NCBI GenBank assembly: GCA_021846845.1
Contig: JAJZWB010000001.1
Span: forward strand, 1,476-65,475
Source: Actinomycetes bacterium
GTDB taxonomy: Bacteria > Actinomycetota > Thermoleophilia > Solirubrobacterales > Solirubrobacteraceae
Direction of reading: 5' to 3'
Length of the DNA stretch: 64,000 nt
Shown here: piece by piece, positions 30,322 through 39,057 of the stretch
Layout of the letters: each line of letters begins with the position of its first letter
Numbering within the stretch: the first letter of the stretch is position 1
Position numbers and translations under genes: made by a program
Notes under the pieces: model-generated
Seen by the model: only the letters and a program-made list of their open reading frames with translations
Told to the model about the DNA's origin: nothing
The model's database searches: none

Positions 30322-31200
30322 GTGACCCAACCGGCCACGGCCCCCGCCGACACGACGGCTCGCTTCGAGGTGATGCCGCTCGGACGCTCCGACGCCGAGG
30401 CGGCGCGGCTGCCGGAGCCGGTGCGCCTGACGATCACCTGCTCGCCCAGGCACGGTCCCGACCACTCGGTCGGCTTCGGCGCCCGGATGCGGGAGCTCGG
30501 CCATGCGGTGACGGTGCACGTAGCGGCGCGGATGGTCCGGGACCGCGGGCACGTCGACGCGCTCCTTGCCGCGATGTCGAGCGCCGGGATCGACGACGTG
30601 CTGCTCGTGGGCGGTGATGCCGCTGCGCCGCTTGGCGCCTACGCGTCGGCCGTCGAGCTGCTGCCCGCGATCGCCGGGCACCCGCGCCGACCGGCGAGGA
30701 TCGGGATCGCCGGCTACCCGGAGGGCCACCCGCTGGTCCGGGAGCGGGAGCTCGAGCGCGCGCTGCTGCAGAAGAGCGGGCTGGCGGACTACGTGGTCAC
30801 TCAGATGTGCTTCGACCCGGTCACGCTGCGCGGCTGGATCGGTCGGGCTCGCGAGCTCGGAATCATGCTGCCGGTGCTGATCGGGGTGCCCGGCCAGGTC
30901 GCCGTCACGCGCCTGCTGGAGATGTCCGCGCGGATCGGCGTCGGCGCGTCGATGGCGTTCCTGCGCAAGCAGCGCGGGCTGGTCGGGATCGTCAGCCGCT
31001 CGGCGCCGGACCGCCTCTACGACGCTCTGGCGCCCGAGATCGGCGGCCCGCTCGGGGTCGCCGGGTTTCACTACTTCACGCTGAACCGGCTGGCGGCGAC
31101 CGTGGAGTGGCACCGAGCCAGGCGCCGGAGCGACGCGACCGTGGGACCCTCCGGGCCCGGCGAGGCGAGCGCTCCGAACCGGGAGGCGGACGGGGTCTGA
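30322..31200 (+). CDS. methylenetetrahydrofolate reductase family protein
   Basis: GTG at 30322 (after ggagcgacggc) within ORF 30241..31200. Motifs are FEVMPLG, VLLVGGD, IGIAGYPEGHP, VVTQMCFD, PVLIGVPG and GFHYFTLNR. Confidence 0.75.
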   Translation: MTQPATAPADTTARFEVMPLGRSDAEAARLPEPVRLTITCSPRHGPDHSVGFGARMRELGHAVTVHVAARMVRDRGHVDALLAAMSSAGIDDVLLVGGDAAAPLGAYASAVELLPAIAGHPRRPARIGIAGYPEGHPLVRERELERALLQKSGLADYVVTQMCFDPVTLRGWIGRARELGIMLPVLIGVPGQVAVTRLLEMSARIGVGASMAFLRKQRGLVGIVSRSAPDRLYDALAPEIGGPLGVAGFHYFTLNRLAATVEWHRARRRSDATVGPSGPGEASAPNREADGV

Positions 31201-31201
31201 G

Positions 31202-31230
31202 CGCCCGCCGGCACGCGGGGCCGGCGGGCG
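31202..31230 (+). terminator. GC hairpin (11-bp stem, 7-nt loop) 1 nt after the MTHFR-like stop
   Basis: cgcccgccggc-acgcggg-gccggcgggcg. There is no U-tract, which is common in high-GC genomes. Confidence 0.5.
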
Positions 31231-31317
31231 GAGGGGAAACTTGTGCAAGAGGCACAGGAATCTCAGGGTTCGATCTGCTCCGGACGCAAGAAAATGGGTG
31301 TGGCGACGTGAGAACCT

Positions 31318-32211
31318 TTGATCGTGACTCGGCTTGAGCGCACAGCCAACCTGATCGGCGTGGTGGTGCCGTTCGTGGGCGTCCTGGTCGCCGTGGCGAT
31401 GCTCTGGAGGCGCGCGGTGGACGCGACCGACCTGGCCGTGGCGGCGGTCATGTACCTGCTCACCGCGGCCGGCGTGACGGTCGGCTTCCACCGGCTGCTG
31501 ACGCATCGGGCGTTCGTGAGCCACGCCTGGGTCGAGCGGACGTTCGCGGTGCTCGGCTCGCTCTCGGTCCAGGGCTCGGTGCTCGACTGGGTCGCCGACC
31601 ACCGCAAGCACCACGCGCACACCGATCGCGAGGGCGATCCGCACAGCCCCCACGTCGGCCACGGAAGCGGGCTCGCGGGCCTGTGGCACGCGCACGTGGG
31701 GTGGCTGCTGGAGAGCCAGGGGCAGGCCGACTGGCGCCGCTACGCGCCCGACCTCTACGAGGACCGGGCGATGCGCGCCATCGGGCGCCAGTTCCCGCTG
31801 CTGGCGCTGCTATCGCTGCTGGTGCCGGCGGCCGTCGATTGCGCCCTGCACGGCTTCACCGCCGCCGGTGCCCTGCGCGGGCTGGTGTGGGGCGGCCTGG
31901 TGCGGATCTTCTTCGTGCACCACGTGACCTGGTCGGTCAACTCGGTGTGCCATTTCTTCGGCAGCCGGCGCTTCGACGTCGAGGACCGCTCGACCAACGT
32001 CGGCTGGCTTGCGCTGCTGTCGCTGGGCGAGTCATGGCACCACAACCACCATGCCTTCCCTCGCTCTGCCTTCCACGGACTCAGGTGGTGGGAGGTCGAC
32101 CTCTCGGGTCTGATCATCTCGGGAATGGAGCGCGTGGGGCTGGCGTGGAACGTGGTCCGGATCGCGCCTGAGCGCCAGCGCTCCAGACTCGCGGTCGAGC
32201 CGGTTCGCTGA
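31318..32211 (+). CDS. acyl-CoA (stearoyl-CoA type) fatty acid desaturase
   Basis: ORF 31318..32211 (TTG start; alternative GTG at 31324). It carries the three His boxes HRLLTHRAF, HRKHHAHTD and HNHHAFP. Confidence 0.9.
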   Translation: MIVTRLERTANLIGVVVPFVGVLVAVAMLWRRAVDATDLAVAAVMYLLTAAGVTVGFHRLLTHRAFVSHAWVERTFAVLGSLSVQGSVLDWVADHRKHHAHTDREGDPHSPHVGHGSGLAGLWHAHVGWLLESQGQADWRRYAPDLYEDRAMRAIGRQFPLLALLSLLVPAAVDCALHGFTAAGALRGLVWGGLVRIFFVHHVTWSVNSVCHFFGSRRFDVEDRSTNVGWLALLSLGESWHHNHHAFPRSAFHGLRWWEVDLSGLIISGMERVGLAWNVVRIAPERQRSRLAVEPVR

Positions 32212-32387
32212 GGTCAGATCGGGCTCTCGACCGGGCGTCGGCGCTCCGGGGCCGGCGGTCGGCCGGATGCCCGACCGGTCGGGCCACGCGGCGCCGCCCG
32301 ATCCGGGGTTCGGCGGCTCAGACCGGCGCGCAGACGGTGAATGCGGCGCCGGGGACGGCGTTACCGCTGATCGCCGGTCCCGGCTGC

Positions 32388-32867
32388 TCAGGCCGGCGCG
32401 CAGGGGTCCAGCAGCGGACGGTCGCACCGGTCCCCCGCCCGGCGTCGTGCCACCAGCTCGGCGACCAGGCCTGCGAAGCGACGGGTGTCGATCGGCTTGA
32501 CGACGTAAGCGTCCGCTCCGGCGCCGATCGCCGCGTCGCGCTCCCCGCCGCGGTCGGACGCCGAGCAGGCGATGATCGCGCAGCGCATCGTGCTCCGGTC
32601 GGCGCGGCAGCGCCGCGCTAGGTCAAGCCCGTCGCCGTCGGGGAGGTTGAGGTCCAGCACGATCGCGGCCGCCACCATGCGTGAGAGCGCGCCGGCCGCC
32701 TCCTCCAGCGAGCCGGCCTCGACCGTGTCGAAGCCCGCCGCCTCGAGCACGCGGGCGATCAGGCGGCGGCCGAGCGGATGGTCGTCGACGATCAGCACCG
32801 TCGACCCGGCACGTCCGCGCGCCGCCCCGTTCGCGCCCCGCTCAGGTGAGCTGGCTCCGCCGTTCAC
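32388..32867 (-). CDS. single-domain (CheY-like) response regulator
   Basis: Distal 159 codons of ORF 32388..33488. The GTG at 32865-32867 overlaps the kinase TGA (GTGA). Motifs are VLIVDDHPLGRR, VLDLNLPDGDG, IIACSA and YVVKP. There is no output domain. Confidence 0.85.
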   Translation of the reverse strand: MNGGASSPERGANGAARGRAGSTVLIVDDHPLGRRLIARVLEAAGFDTVEAGSLEEAAGALSRMVAAAIVLDLNLPDGDGLDLARRCRADRSTMRCAIIACSASDRGGERDAAIGAGADAYVVKPIDTRRFAGLVAELVARRRAGDRCDRPLLDPCAPA

Positions 32868-33841
32868 CGCGCCGGGTGGGCCGCGGGCCGTGACGCGTGC
32901 CCGGGCGTCGCGCGTGCCCGGGACGCCAGGATCTCCCCGGCCTGGACAGTGGAGGTCGCCGGGACCCACGGCAGCCACGCGTAGAACGTCGATCCCAGCC
33001 CGGGACGGCTCGTGACGCCGACCTCGCCATCCTGCGCCTCGACCAGCCGGCGCACGATCGCAAGCCCCATGCCGCTGCCGCCGTGCCCGGCGCCACCGGC
33101 ATGGAAGCGCTCCTCGAAGACCCGCCGCTGGTCGGCGTCGGAGATCCCCACGCCCGTGTCGCTCACCGCGATCTGCAGGCGTTCCTGGACCCGGCGAAGC
33201 GCCAGCGTGACGGTGCCCCCGGGTCGCGTGAAGCGGATCGCGTTGGCGAGGTAGTTGAGCATCACCTGCCGCAGCCGCGTCGGGTCCAGCAGCAGCGAGT
33301 CCGACTGGCCGGGCGCATCGAGTCGCAGGCGGACGCCGCCGGAGGCGGCCTGCGAGCGCAGCGTGGACAGGCACTCTCCGGCGATCGAAGCGGGGTCTGT
33401 CGGCCGCGGCGCGAGTCGCAGCGCGCCGGCGTCGAGCGCCGTCAGGTCGCGCAGCTCGTCCAGCAGCGCGAGCAGGTGGTCGCCGCATAGCTCAACGTGC
33501 GCGGCGCTCTCACGGCGTTCACCCGGGCACTGCGTGTCGGCGAGCACCTGCGCGAACGAGACCATCGCCGCAAGCGGGGTTCGCAGCTCGTGCGAGAGCC
33601 CCGCCAGCCAACGGGTTCGGACGTCCGACGCTCGCTGCAGCTGCTCCGCGCGCCGGGCGAGCGCGGCACGCTCGGCGCGCAGGCGCCGCTCGCGCACCGC
33701 CAGGGCCGTGCCGGCCGCGAGCAGGGCGAGCGGCGTGGCGCTGCTGCGGCTCGTCGGCATCGCGGCCATTTGAGCAGCGACGCCCGTCGCCATGACCCGT
33801 GTGGAGGTTTGATGGAGGATCGCCGTGCGGGTTCGCTCCAT
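32864..33841 (-). CDS. histidine kinase (HisKA + HATPase) without an obvious sensor domain
   Basis: ORF 32864..33841. Motifs are H-box GLSHELRTPLAAM, N-box NYLANAIRFT, VSDTGVGI and GGSGMGLAIV. It has one N-terminal hydrophobic segment. Confidence 0.88.
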   Translation of the reverse strand: MERTRTAILHQTSTRVMATGVAAQMAAMPTSRSSATPLALLAAGTALAVRERRLRAERAALARRAEQLQRASDVRTRWLAGLSHELRTPLAAMVSFAQVLADTQCPGERRESAAHVELCGDHLLALLDELRDLTALDAGALRLAPRPTDPASIAGECLSTLRSQAASGGVRLRLDAPGQSDSLLLDPTRLRQVMLNYLANAIRFTRPGGTVTLALRRVQERLQIAVSDTGVGISDADQRRVFEERFHAGGAGHGGSGMGLAIVRRLVEAQDGEVGVTSRPGLGSTFYAWLPWVPATSTVQAGEILASRARATPGHASRPAAHPAR

Positions 33842-33861
33842 CGCCTGCAGCCTCGCGGAGC

Positions 33862-34215
33862 TCAGCGGCCGGCGGCCACGCGGGCCAGCGCCTCGCGCAG
33901 CGCCGGCCAGCGCTCGCTCAGCTCGCCGCGGGCGGCCAGCACATCGGGGAGGGCGCCGCTGCGGGCCGCGTTCTCAAGCATGGCGACCAGCTCCAGCAGG
34001 GGTCGATGGTCGAGCATCAGGGCCCCGTTTCGCGCAGCGTGCGCGGCCCGCGCCGCGGCTGCCAGATCCCCTGCGGCGAGCGCCCGGTCGACCCCCTCAA
34101 GCCCGCGCTCCAGGTCCGCGCTGAGGATCGAGACCACCGTCGCCAGGTCCTCGCCCAGCGCGCTGCTGAGCGTGGCCAGGTGGCTGACGTCCGGGTCCTG
34201 GTCCGCGTGGTCCAC
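33862..34215 (-). CDS. free-standing Hpt (histidine phosphotransfer) domain protein
   Basis: Distal 117 codons of ORF 33862..35190, from GTG 34215, which lies 5 nt after the upstream stop. It looks like a four-helix protein, with AARAAHAARNGALMLD resembling the Hpt H-x-x-K/R-G-x-A motif. Confidence 0.55.
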   Translation of the reverse strand: MDHADQDPDVSHLATLSSALGEDLATVVSILSADLERGLEGVDRALAAGDLAAAARAAHAARNGALMLDHRPLLELVAMLENAARSGALPDVLAARGELSERWPALREALARVAAGR

Positions 34216-34220
34216 TGCGC

Positions 34221-34946
34221 TCAGGGCTGGAGGTGCAGAAGACGGCGGATCCGCCGCGCGAAGGAGCCGAAGTCGTTGTGGTGCATCGCGCCCAGCCCGG
34301 TGGCTCCCAGCAGCGTGATCACCAGGCCGGCCACGAGCGCGAGGACCGCGAGCACCTTGGGCCAGTGCGCCTCCAGCGTTCGCCGCCCGCGCGCGAGCCG
34401 GAGGCGCGCGTTGGGCCCGCCCCAGGTGAGCGTCGCGACGATCGCCAGCAGCGGCAGGATGAAGCAGAGGTTGAAGATGAGGATCAGGAACACGAGCCGT
34501 GTCACGCCGAGGTTGGCGCCCACGATCGCGGCGATCGCCGCGAAGTAGGGGAACGCGGTCGGCAGCTCCACCGCCGTGATCATCGCCCCGAGCACGGCGC
34601 TCGAGCGTCTGGCCGGGTTCAGCTCGGGCGTGTAGCTCTGGGCCAGCCGCTTGCGGTAGCCCCACAGGAAGGCGGCCACCGCCAGCATCACGCCACCGAC
34701 GATCGTCTCGATCATGAAGCCGAGGCGACGCCCGGGATGGGGGACGAGCGCCAGCAGCAGCTGGCCGGGGCCGAGCGCGATCGCGAGCCCGCCGAGCGTG
34801 TAGACCGCGAACACGCCGACGGTGAACTCGGCGACCTGCCGGCGCGGATGCCGTCCGGCCGCCAGGTACAGCGCGGGGGCGATCGTCGTCGGGTTCAGCG
34901 AGTCGGCGATCCCGATCGAGATCACCAGGCCCAGGAGGCGGATCAT
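34221..34946 (-). CDS. GAP-family (Sap-like) integral membrane protein
   Basis: ORF 34221..34946. The start MIRLLGLVISIGIADSLNPTTIAPALYLA and six TM segments fit the GAP/DUF2910 family as I recall it. Confidence 0.6.
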   Translation of the reverse strand: MIRLLGLVISIGIADSLNPTTIAPALYLAAGRHPRRQVAEFTVGVFAVYTLGGLAIALGPGQLLLALVPHPGRRLGFMIETIVGGVMLAVAAFLWGYRKRLAQSYTPELNPARRSSAVLGAMITAVELPTAFPYFAAIAAIVGANLGVTRLVFLILIFNLCFILPLLAIVATLTWGGPNARLRLARGRRTLEAHWPKVLAVLALVAGLVITLLGATGLGAMHHNDFGSFARRIRRLLHLQP

Positions 34947-34964
34947 GCGCGCACGCCCGATCTC

Positions 34965-35054
34965 GGCATTGCGGCATTGTCCACGGCGACCGGCTTCGGC
35001 ATGGCGGCATTCTCCACGGCGACCGGCGTCGGCATCGCGGCATTCTCTCCGGTC
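34965..35054. repeat. 33-nt tandem repeat x2.7 in the divergent gap upstream of rpmG
   Basis: ggcattgcggcattgtccacggcgaccggcttc / ggcatggcggcattctccacggcgaccggcgtc / ggcatcgcggcattctctccggtc. Confidence 0.9.
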
Positions 35055-35150
35055 TGACCACGGGCGCTACACTCGGCCAAAGCGCCGGCGCGGCGTCACG
35101 ATTCTGCGCCTGCGCTCGATCACCCCTAGAGAGAAGTCGAGAAGCGCTAA

Positions 35151-35315
35151 ATGGCCCGTGGAGACGTCCGGATCGCAGCAACCCTCGCATGCGAGGAGTG
35201 CAAGCGCCGGAACTACCAGACGAACAAGAGCAAGCGCAACAACCCGGAGCGACTGCAGCTGCGCAAGTACTGCCGCTGGTGCCGGCGCCACACAGCGCAC
35301 CGCGAGACGCGCTGA
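35151..35315 (+). CDS. rpmG: 50S ribosomal protein L33
   Basis: Below the ORF-track size cut-off. My translation is [54 protein letters not shown]. It has the CxxC...CxxC zinc ribbon and sits directly before secE. Confidence 0.9.
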   Translation: MARGDVRIAATLACEECKRRNYQTNKSKRNNPERLQLRKYCRWCRRHTAHRETR

Positions 35316-35333
35316 ACGCGCTCGGAGCTGCCC

Positions 35334-35870
35334 GTGGCTCGCAACCGCAAACGCCGGCAGGAGAGGCTGCCCGAGCAGCCCGCGGACGCCAGCGCTCGGC
35401 CTCGGTCGGCGACCGCTAGCGCGCTCAGGCACGATCGGCATCAGGCTGACGAGGACCTCCTGCGCGCCGACCTTCAGCAGGGCGGCGGCGATGAGCCGGC
35501 CTCCGAGCCGCCGGCCGGGGCCGGCGACGCGGAATACGACGAGTACGAGGCCGAGCCGGACCTTCGCGGTGACGACGACGATGAGCTCGCCGGGGGCCGG
35601 GAGGGACGTTCCGGAGGCCCGGGCGGTGGCTCGCGCGGCGAGGGCGCTATCGTTCCCGCTCGCTCGGCGACGCCGGCTCCCTGGCTGGGCGCGCGGGTGC
35701 TCCAGTTCCTGCAGGGGAGCTGGCGCGAGTTGCAGCGGGTCCAGTGGCCGGACCGACCGCAGGTGATGCAGGCCACGGGGGTCGTGATCGGGTTCGTGAT
35801 CGTCGCGGGGCTGTTCCTCGGCGTGTCGGACTTCGTAGCGACCAAGGTCGTCAACTTCATCCTCAAGTAA
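35334..35870 (+). CDS. secE: preprotein translocase subunit SecE with long disordered N-terminal extension
   Basis: ORF 35334..35870. The C-terminus VQWPDRPQVMQATGVVIGFVIVAGLFLGVSDFVATKVVNFIL is the SecE TM helix. Its position between rpmG and nusG supports the call. Confidence 0.85.
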   Translation: MARNRKRRQERLPEQPADASARPRSATASALRHDRHQADEDLLRADLQQGGGDEPASEPPAGAGDAEYDEYEAEPDLRGDDDDELAGGREGRSGGPGGGSRGEGAIVPARSATPAPWLGARVLQFLQGSWRELQRVQWPDRPQVMQATGVVIGFVIVAGLFLGVSDFVATKVVNFILK

Positions 35871-35888
35871 GAGCTCCGATTCAGGCAC

Positions 35889-36410
35889 ATGTTTCGCTGG
35901 TACGTCGTCAACACCTACTCCGGCCACGAGAACAAGGTCAAGCACAACCTCGAGCACCGGATCGTCTCGCTCGGGCAGCAGCGTGCTGTGCGCCAGATCG
36001 TGGTCCCCACCGAATCGGTCTCCGAGATGAAGGACAACCAGAAGGTGACCGTCGAGAAGCGCACGATGCCCGGCTACGTGCTCGTCAACATGGACCTCAA
36101 CGAGGACTCCTGGTCGCTGGTCAAGGGCACGCCCGGCGTGACAGGCTTCGTCGGGGCCTCCAACGAGCCGGTGCCGCTGACGCAGGCCGAGGTTGACCGG
36201 CTGCTGCACATGGAGCCCGCGGAGCGGCCGCGCAGCCGGGCGCAGTTCTCGATCGGCGAGTCGGTCAAGGTCGTCTCCGGTCCCCTGTCCGATTTCAGCG
36301 GCGAGATCTCAGAGGTCAACGAGGACGCGCAGCGCCTCAAGGTGCTGGTCTCGATCTTCGGCCGCGAGACGCCGGTCGAGGTCGGGTTCGATCAGGTCAA
36401 GAAGATCTAG
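35889..36410 (+). CDS. nusG: transcription termination/antitermination factor NusG
   Basis: ORF 35889..36410. Motifs are [17 protein letters not shown] and the KOW region [21 protein letters not shown]. Confidence 0.95.
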   Translation: MFRWYVVNTYSGHENKVKHNLEHRIVSLGQQRAVRQIVVPTESVSEMKDNQKVTVEKRTMPGYVLVNMDLNEDSWSLVKGTPGVTGFVGASNEPVPLTQAEVDRLLHMEPAERPRSRAQFSIGESVKVVSGPLSDFSGEISEVNEDAQRLKVLVSIFGRETPVEVGFDQVKKI

Positions 36411-36434
36411 AGCGGTCCAGAAGAGGAATCGAAG

Positions 36435-36857
36435 ATGGCAAAGAAGGTGCTGACCCAGATCAAGCTGCAGGCGGTGGGTGGGCAGGCGAGCCCGGCGCCG
36501 CCCGTGGGCCCGGCGCTCGGCCAGCACGGCGTCAACATCATGGAGTTCGTCAAGGCGTTCAACGCCCAGACGCAGTCCGACGCCGGCACGGTGATCCCCG
36601 TCGTGATCACCGTCTACGAGGACCGGTCGTTCACGTTCGTGACCAAGAACCCGCCGGCGGCGGTGCTGATCAAGCAGGCGCTGTCGCTGGATAAGGGCTC
36701 GGCCGAGCCGCATCGCAACAAGGTCGCCAGGATCACGTCCGACCAGCTGCGCTCGATCGCCGAGAAGAAGATGTCCGATCTCAACGCCACCGACATCGAC
36801 GCGGCCGTCAAGATCATCGCGGGCACCGCGCGCTCGATGGGCGTCGAGGTGGTCTGA
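36435..36857 (+). CDS. rplK: 50S ribosomal protein L11
   Basis: ORF 36435..36857. The diagnostic stretch is [34 protein letters not shown]. Confidence 0.97.
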   Translation: MAKKVLTQIKLQAVGGQASPAPPVGPALGQHGVNIMEFVKAFNAQTQSDAGTVIPVVITVYEDRSFTFVTKNPPAAVLIKQALSLDKGSAEPHRNKVARITSDQLRSIAEKKMSDLNATDIDAAVKIIAGTARSMGVEVV

Positions 36858-36871
36858 CAGGAGAACCGCCG

Positions 36872-37591
36872 ATGTCCAAGCACGGAAAGGCCCATACCGA
36901 CGCCAAGCAGCGCTTCGATCGCTCACGGGAGTACAGCCCGGCTGAGGCGATCACGCTCGTCAAGCAGCTGAGCACGGCCAAGTTCAACGAATCGGTCGAG
37001 GTCCACGTCCGCACCGGGCTCAACGTCCGTCACGCGGACGAGCAGCTGCGCGGCACGGTCGCGCTGCCGCACGGGCTCGGCAAGGAGGTCAAGATCGCCG
37101 TCTTCGCGCAGGGCGACAAGGCTCGCGAGGCGCAGGAGGCGGGCGCCGACGTGGTCGGAGGAGAGGATCTCGCGCAGCGGATCCAGGAGGGCTTCGACGA
37201 CTTCGACGTCGCGATCGCGACGCCGGACATGATGCCGGTGGTCGGGCGCCTTGGACGGATCCTCGGCCCGGCGGGCAAGATGCCCAACCCGAAGGTCGGC
37301 ACCGTCACGATGGACGTCGCCCGCGCGGTGAGCGAATCCAAGGCCGGCAAGGTCGAGTACCGGACAGACCGGACCGCGATCGTGCACCTGGTGATCGGAA
37401 GGCGCGACTTCGAGGAGCGACTGCTGCTCGAGAACTACGCGGCCGTGATCGAGGAGCTGATCCGGGCGAAGCCGTCGGCTGCCAAGGGCCGCTACATCCG
37501 CTCGGTCACCTTCGCGTCGACGATGGGCCCGGGGGTCAAGGTCGACCCGTCGCGCACACGCGACATCGTCGAGGAGCCCGTGGCGGCTTGA
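36872..37591 (+). CDS. rplA: 50S ribosomal protein L1
   Basis: ORF 36872..37591. Motifs are [31 protein letters not shown] and [12 protein letters not shown]. Confidence 0.97.
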   Translation: MSKHGKAHTDAKQRFDRSREYSPAEAITLVKQLSTAKFNESVEVHVRTGLNVRHADEQLRGTVALPHGLGKEVKIAVFAQGDKAREAQEAGADVVGGEDLAQRIQEGFDDFDVAIATPDMMPVVGRLGRILGPAGKMPNPKVGTVTMDVARAVSESKAGKVEYRTDRTAIVHLVIGRRDFEERLLLENYAAVIEELIRAKPSAAKGRYIRSVTFASTMGPGVKVDPSRTRDIVEEPVAA

Positions 37592-37828
37592 TCGCCGTCG
37601 GCGTCAGCTAGCTGACGCGCTGCCGCCGGCGGCACGGATCGGGCAGGGGGCAAGAAGCAGCGCGCCGCCTGCACTAGACTCACCGCGCAGCAAGACACGC
37701 GCCTAAGACCTCCGGCGGCGCTCTCGCATAAGCCCGGAGCAGGTGGAGCTTGGATGTCCTGACCGTCTCGGTCATGCTCGTCTGACGCCCGCCGGTCCGC
37801 TGGGCGCCGGAAACCGCACAGAGAGAGC
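37592..37828 (+). promoter_or_regulatory. rplJ 5' leader (candidate L10/L12 autoregulatory leader)
   Basis: A 237-nt gap lies directly upstream of rplJ, while all other ribosomal genes here are 9-24 nt apart. Its position matches known L10 leaders. I did not verify the structure. Confidence 0.35.
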
Positions 37829-38452
37829 ATGAACAGAGACCAGAAGACAGCAGTCGTGGAGGAGATCGCCGGGGAGCTGTCCGGCGCCGAGGCGGTGTTC
37901 GCCGTCGACTACCGCGGGATCTCGGTCGATCAGGTCGCGGAGCTGCGGTCGCGGCTGCGTGAGGCCGACGCGCGCTTCCGGGTGGTCAAGAACTCTCTCT
38001 CGGAGCGCGCGGCCGATGCCGCCGGGATGCAGGAGCTCAAGCCGATGCTCGTCGGACCGACGGCGCTCGCGTTCGTCAGAGGCGACGCGGCGCTGGCCGC
38101 CAAGGTGCTGAGCGAGGTCGCCAGGCGCTTGAACCTGCTCGAGTTCAAGGGCGGGGTCATGAACGGCTCGGCGCTCTCCGCAGACGACGTTCGGTCGATC
38201 TCACGCCTTCCCGGTCGTGACGTCCTCCAGGCGCAGCTGGTCGGGACGATCGCCGCGCCGCTGACCGGGCTGGCTCGCGGCCTGAACGCGCTGATCGGCG
38301 GCCTCGCGATCCAGCTGCAGGCGATCGCCGACCAGGGGCTCGTCTCCGGAACCGCCCCCGCGACGGCCGCTCCCGCGGCGGAGGCGGCCCCCGAACCCGA
38401 TCCCCAGACAACTGAAACAGCCGCGTCGGACGCGGCGCAGTCCGACGACTAA
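37829..38452 (+). CDS. rplJ: 50S ribosomal protein L10
   Basis: ORF 37829..38452. Motifs are VFAVDYRGISVDQVAELRSRLR and FRVVKNSL. It has an Ala/Pro/acidic C-terminal tail. Confidence 0.95.
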   Translation: MNRDQKTAVVEEIAGELSGAEAVFAVDYRGISVDQVAELRSRLREADARFRVVKNSLSERAADAAGMQELKPMLVGPTALAFVRGDAALAAKVLSEVARRLNLLEFKGGVMNGSALSADDVRSISRLPGRDVLQAQLVGTIAAPLTGLARGLNALIGGLAIQLQAIADQGLVSGTAPATAAPAAEAAPEPDPQTTETAASDAAQSDD

Positions 38453-38461
38453 GGAGGAACG

Positions 38462-38848
38462 ATGACCACCACCCAGGAGTGGATCGACGAGCTCAAGACG
38501 ATCTCGGTGCTCGAGCTCTCGGAGCGCATCAAGGCGCTTGAGGAGGCGTTCGGCGTCTCGGCCACGGCGGTCGCTGCGGCGGCTCCGGCGGCTGCCGCGC
38601 CGGCGGGCGACGGCGGCGGCGAGGCGGCCGAGGAGCAGTCGACCTTCGACGTGATCCTGACCGCCTCCGGCGACAAGAAGATCCAGGTGATCAAGGTCGT
38701 GCGCGCGGCCACCGGCCTTGGGCTCAAGGAGGCCAAGGCGCTGGTCGACGAGGCGCCCAAGCCCGTCAAGGAGGGCGTCGACAAGGCCGAGGCCGAGAAG
38801 CTCAAGGCTGAGCTTGAGGAGGCCGGCGGCAGCGTCGAGCTGAAGTAG
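38462..38848 (+). CDS. rplL: 50S ribosomal protein L7/L12
   Basis: ORF 38462..38848. It has an Ala-rich hinge and [34 protein letters not shown]. Confidence 0.97.
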   Translation: MTTTQEWIDELKTISVLELSERIKALEEAFGVSATAVAAAAPAAAAPAGDGGGEAAEEQSTFDVILTASGDKKIQVIKVVRAATGLGLKEAKALVDEAPKPVKEGVDKAEAEKLKAELEEAGGSVELK

Positions 38849-38882
38849 CGCTCGCGCGCCGCGACGGCCGCAGGGGTTTCAG

Positions 38883-38914
38883 GAGCGCGCTCCGTGCAGG
38901 CACGGGGCGCGCTC
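38883..38914 (+). terminator. compound GC hairpin after rplL
   Basis: gagcgcgc-t-ccgtgc-ag-gcacgg-g-gcgcgctc. This gives 8+6 bp of pairing, starting 35 nt after the rplL stop. Confidence 0.5.
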
Positions 38915-39040
38915 TCGTGTCTGCGGACCGCCTCTGCTCCTCTCCTGCCTGGCGGGCGCCCTCTCGTGCTTGCGGGGGCGGCCCTGCTCCTCTGAGCCTG
39001 GCTGGCGCGCTCTCGCGTTTGCGGCCCGGCCCCGCGCCCG
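38906..39040. repeat. 48-49-nt tandem repeat x2.7 between convergent rplL and the LamG gene
   Basis: ggcgcgctctcgtgtctgcggaccgcctctgctcctctcctgcctggcg / ggcgccctctcgtgcttgcgggggcggccctgctcctctgagcctggct / ggcgcgctctcgcgtttgcggcccggcc. Confidence 0.85.
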
Positions 39041-39057
39041 GTCGGCGTGTGTGGACC

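Noticed and set aside
31262-31290. tRNA-like T-loop string gggttcgatc
   Set aside because: The flanking bases cannot form the 5-bp T stem or an acceptor stem.
28708-31695. 995-aa minus-strand ORF
   Set aside because: It runs antisense to five well-supported plus-strand genes (regulator, DUF2269, small ORF, MTHFR-like, desaturase). Its translation is Arg/Pro/Gly/Asp-rich with no motifs. This is the typical stop-poor shadow frame of a high-GC genome.
32864-32867. Frameshifted hybrid kinase-receiver gene
   Set aside because: The GTGA stop-start overlap is the usual coupling signal in this window, and both products are complete domains on their own.
35316-35333. tRNA-Trp between rpmG and secE, as in many bacteria, and tRNAs upstream of rpmG
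   Set aside because: The rpmG-secE gap is only 18 nt. The upstream gap is occupied by the 33-nt repeat, and no cloverleaf or GGTTCGA T-arm fits.
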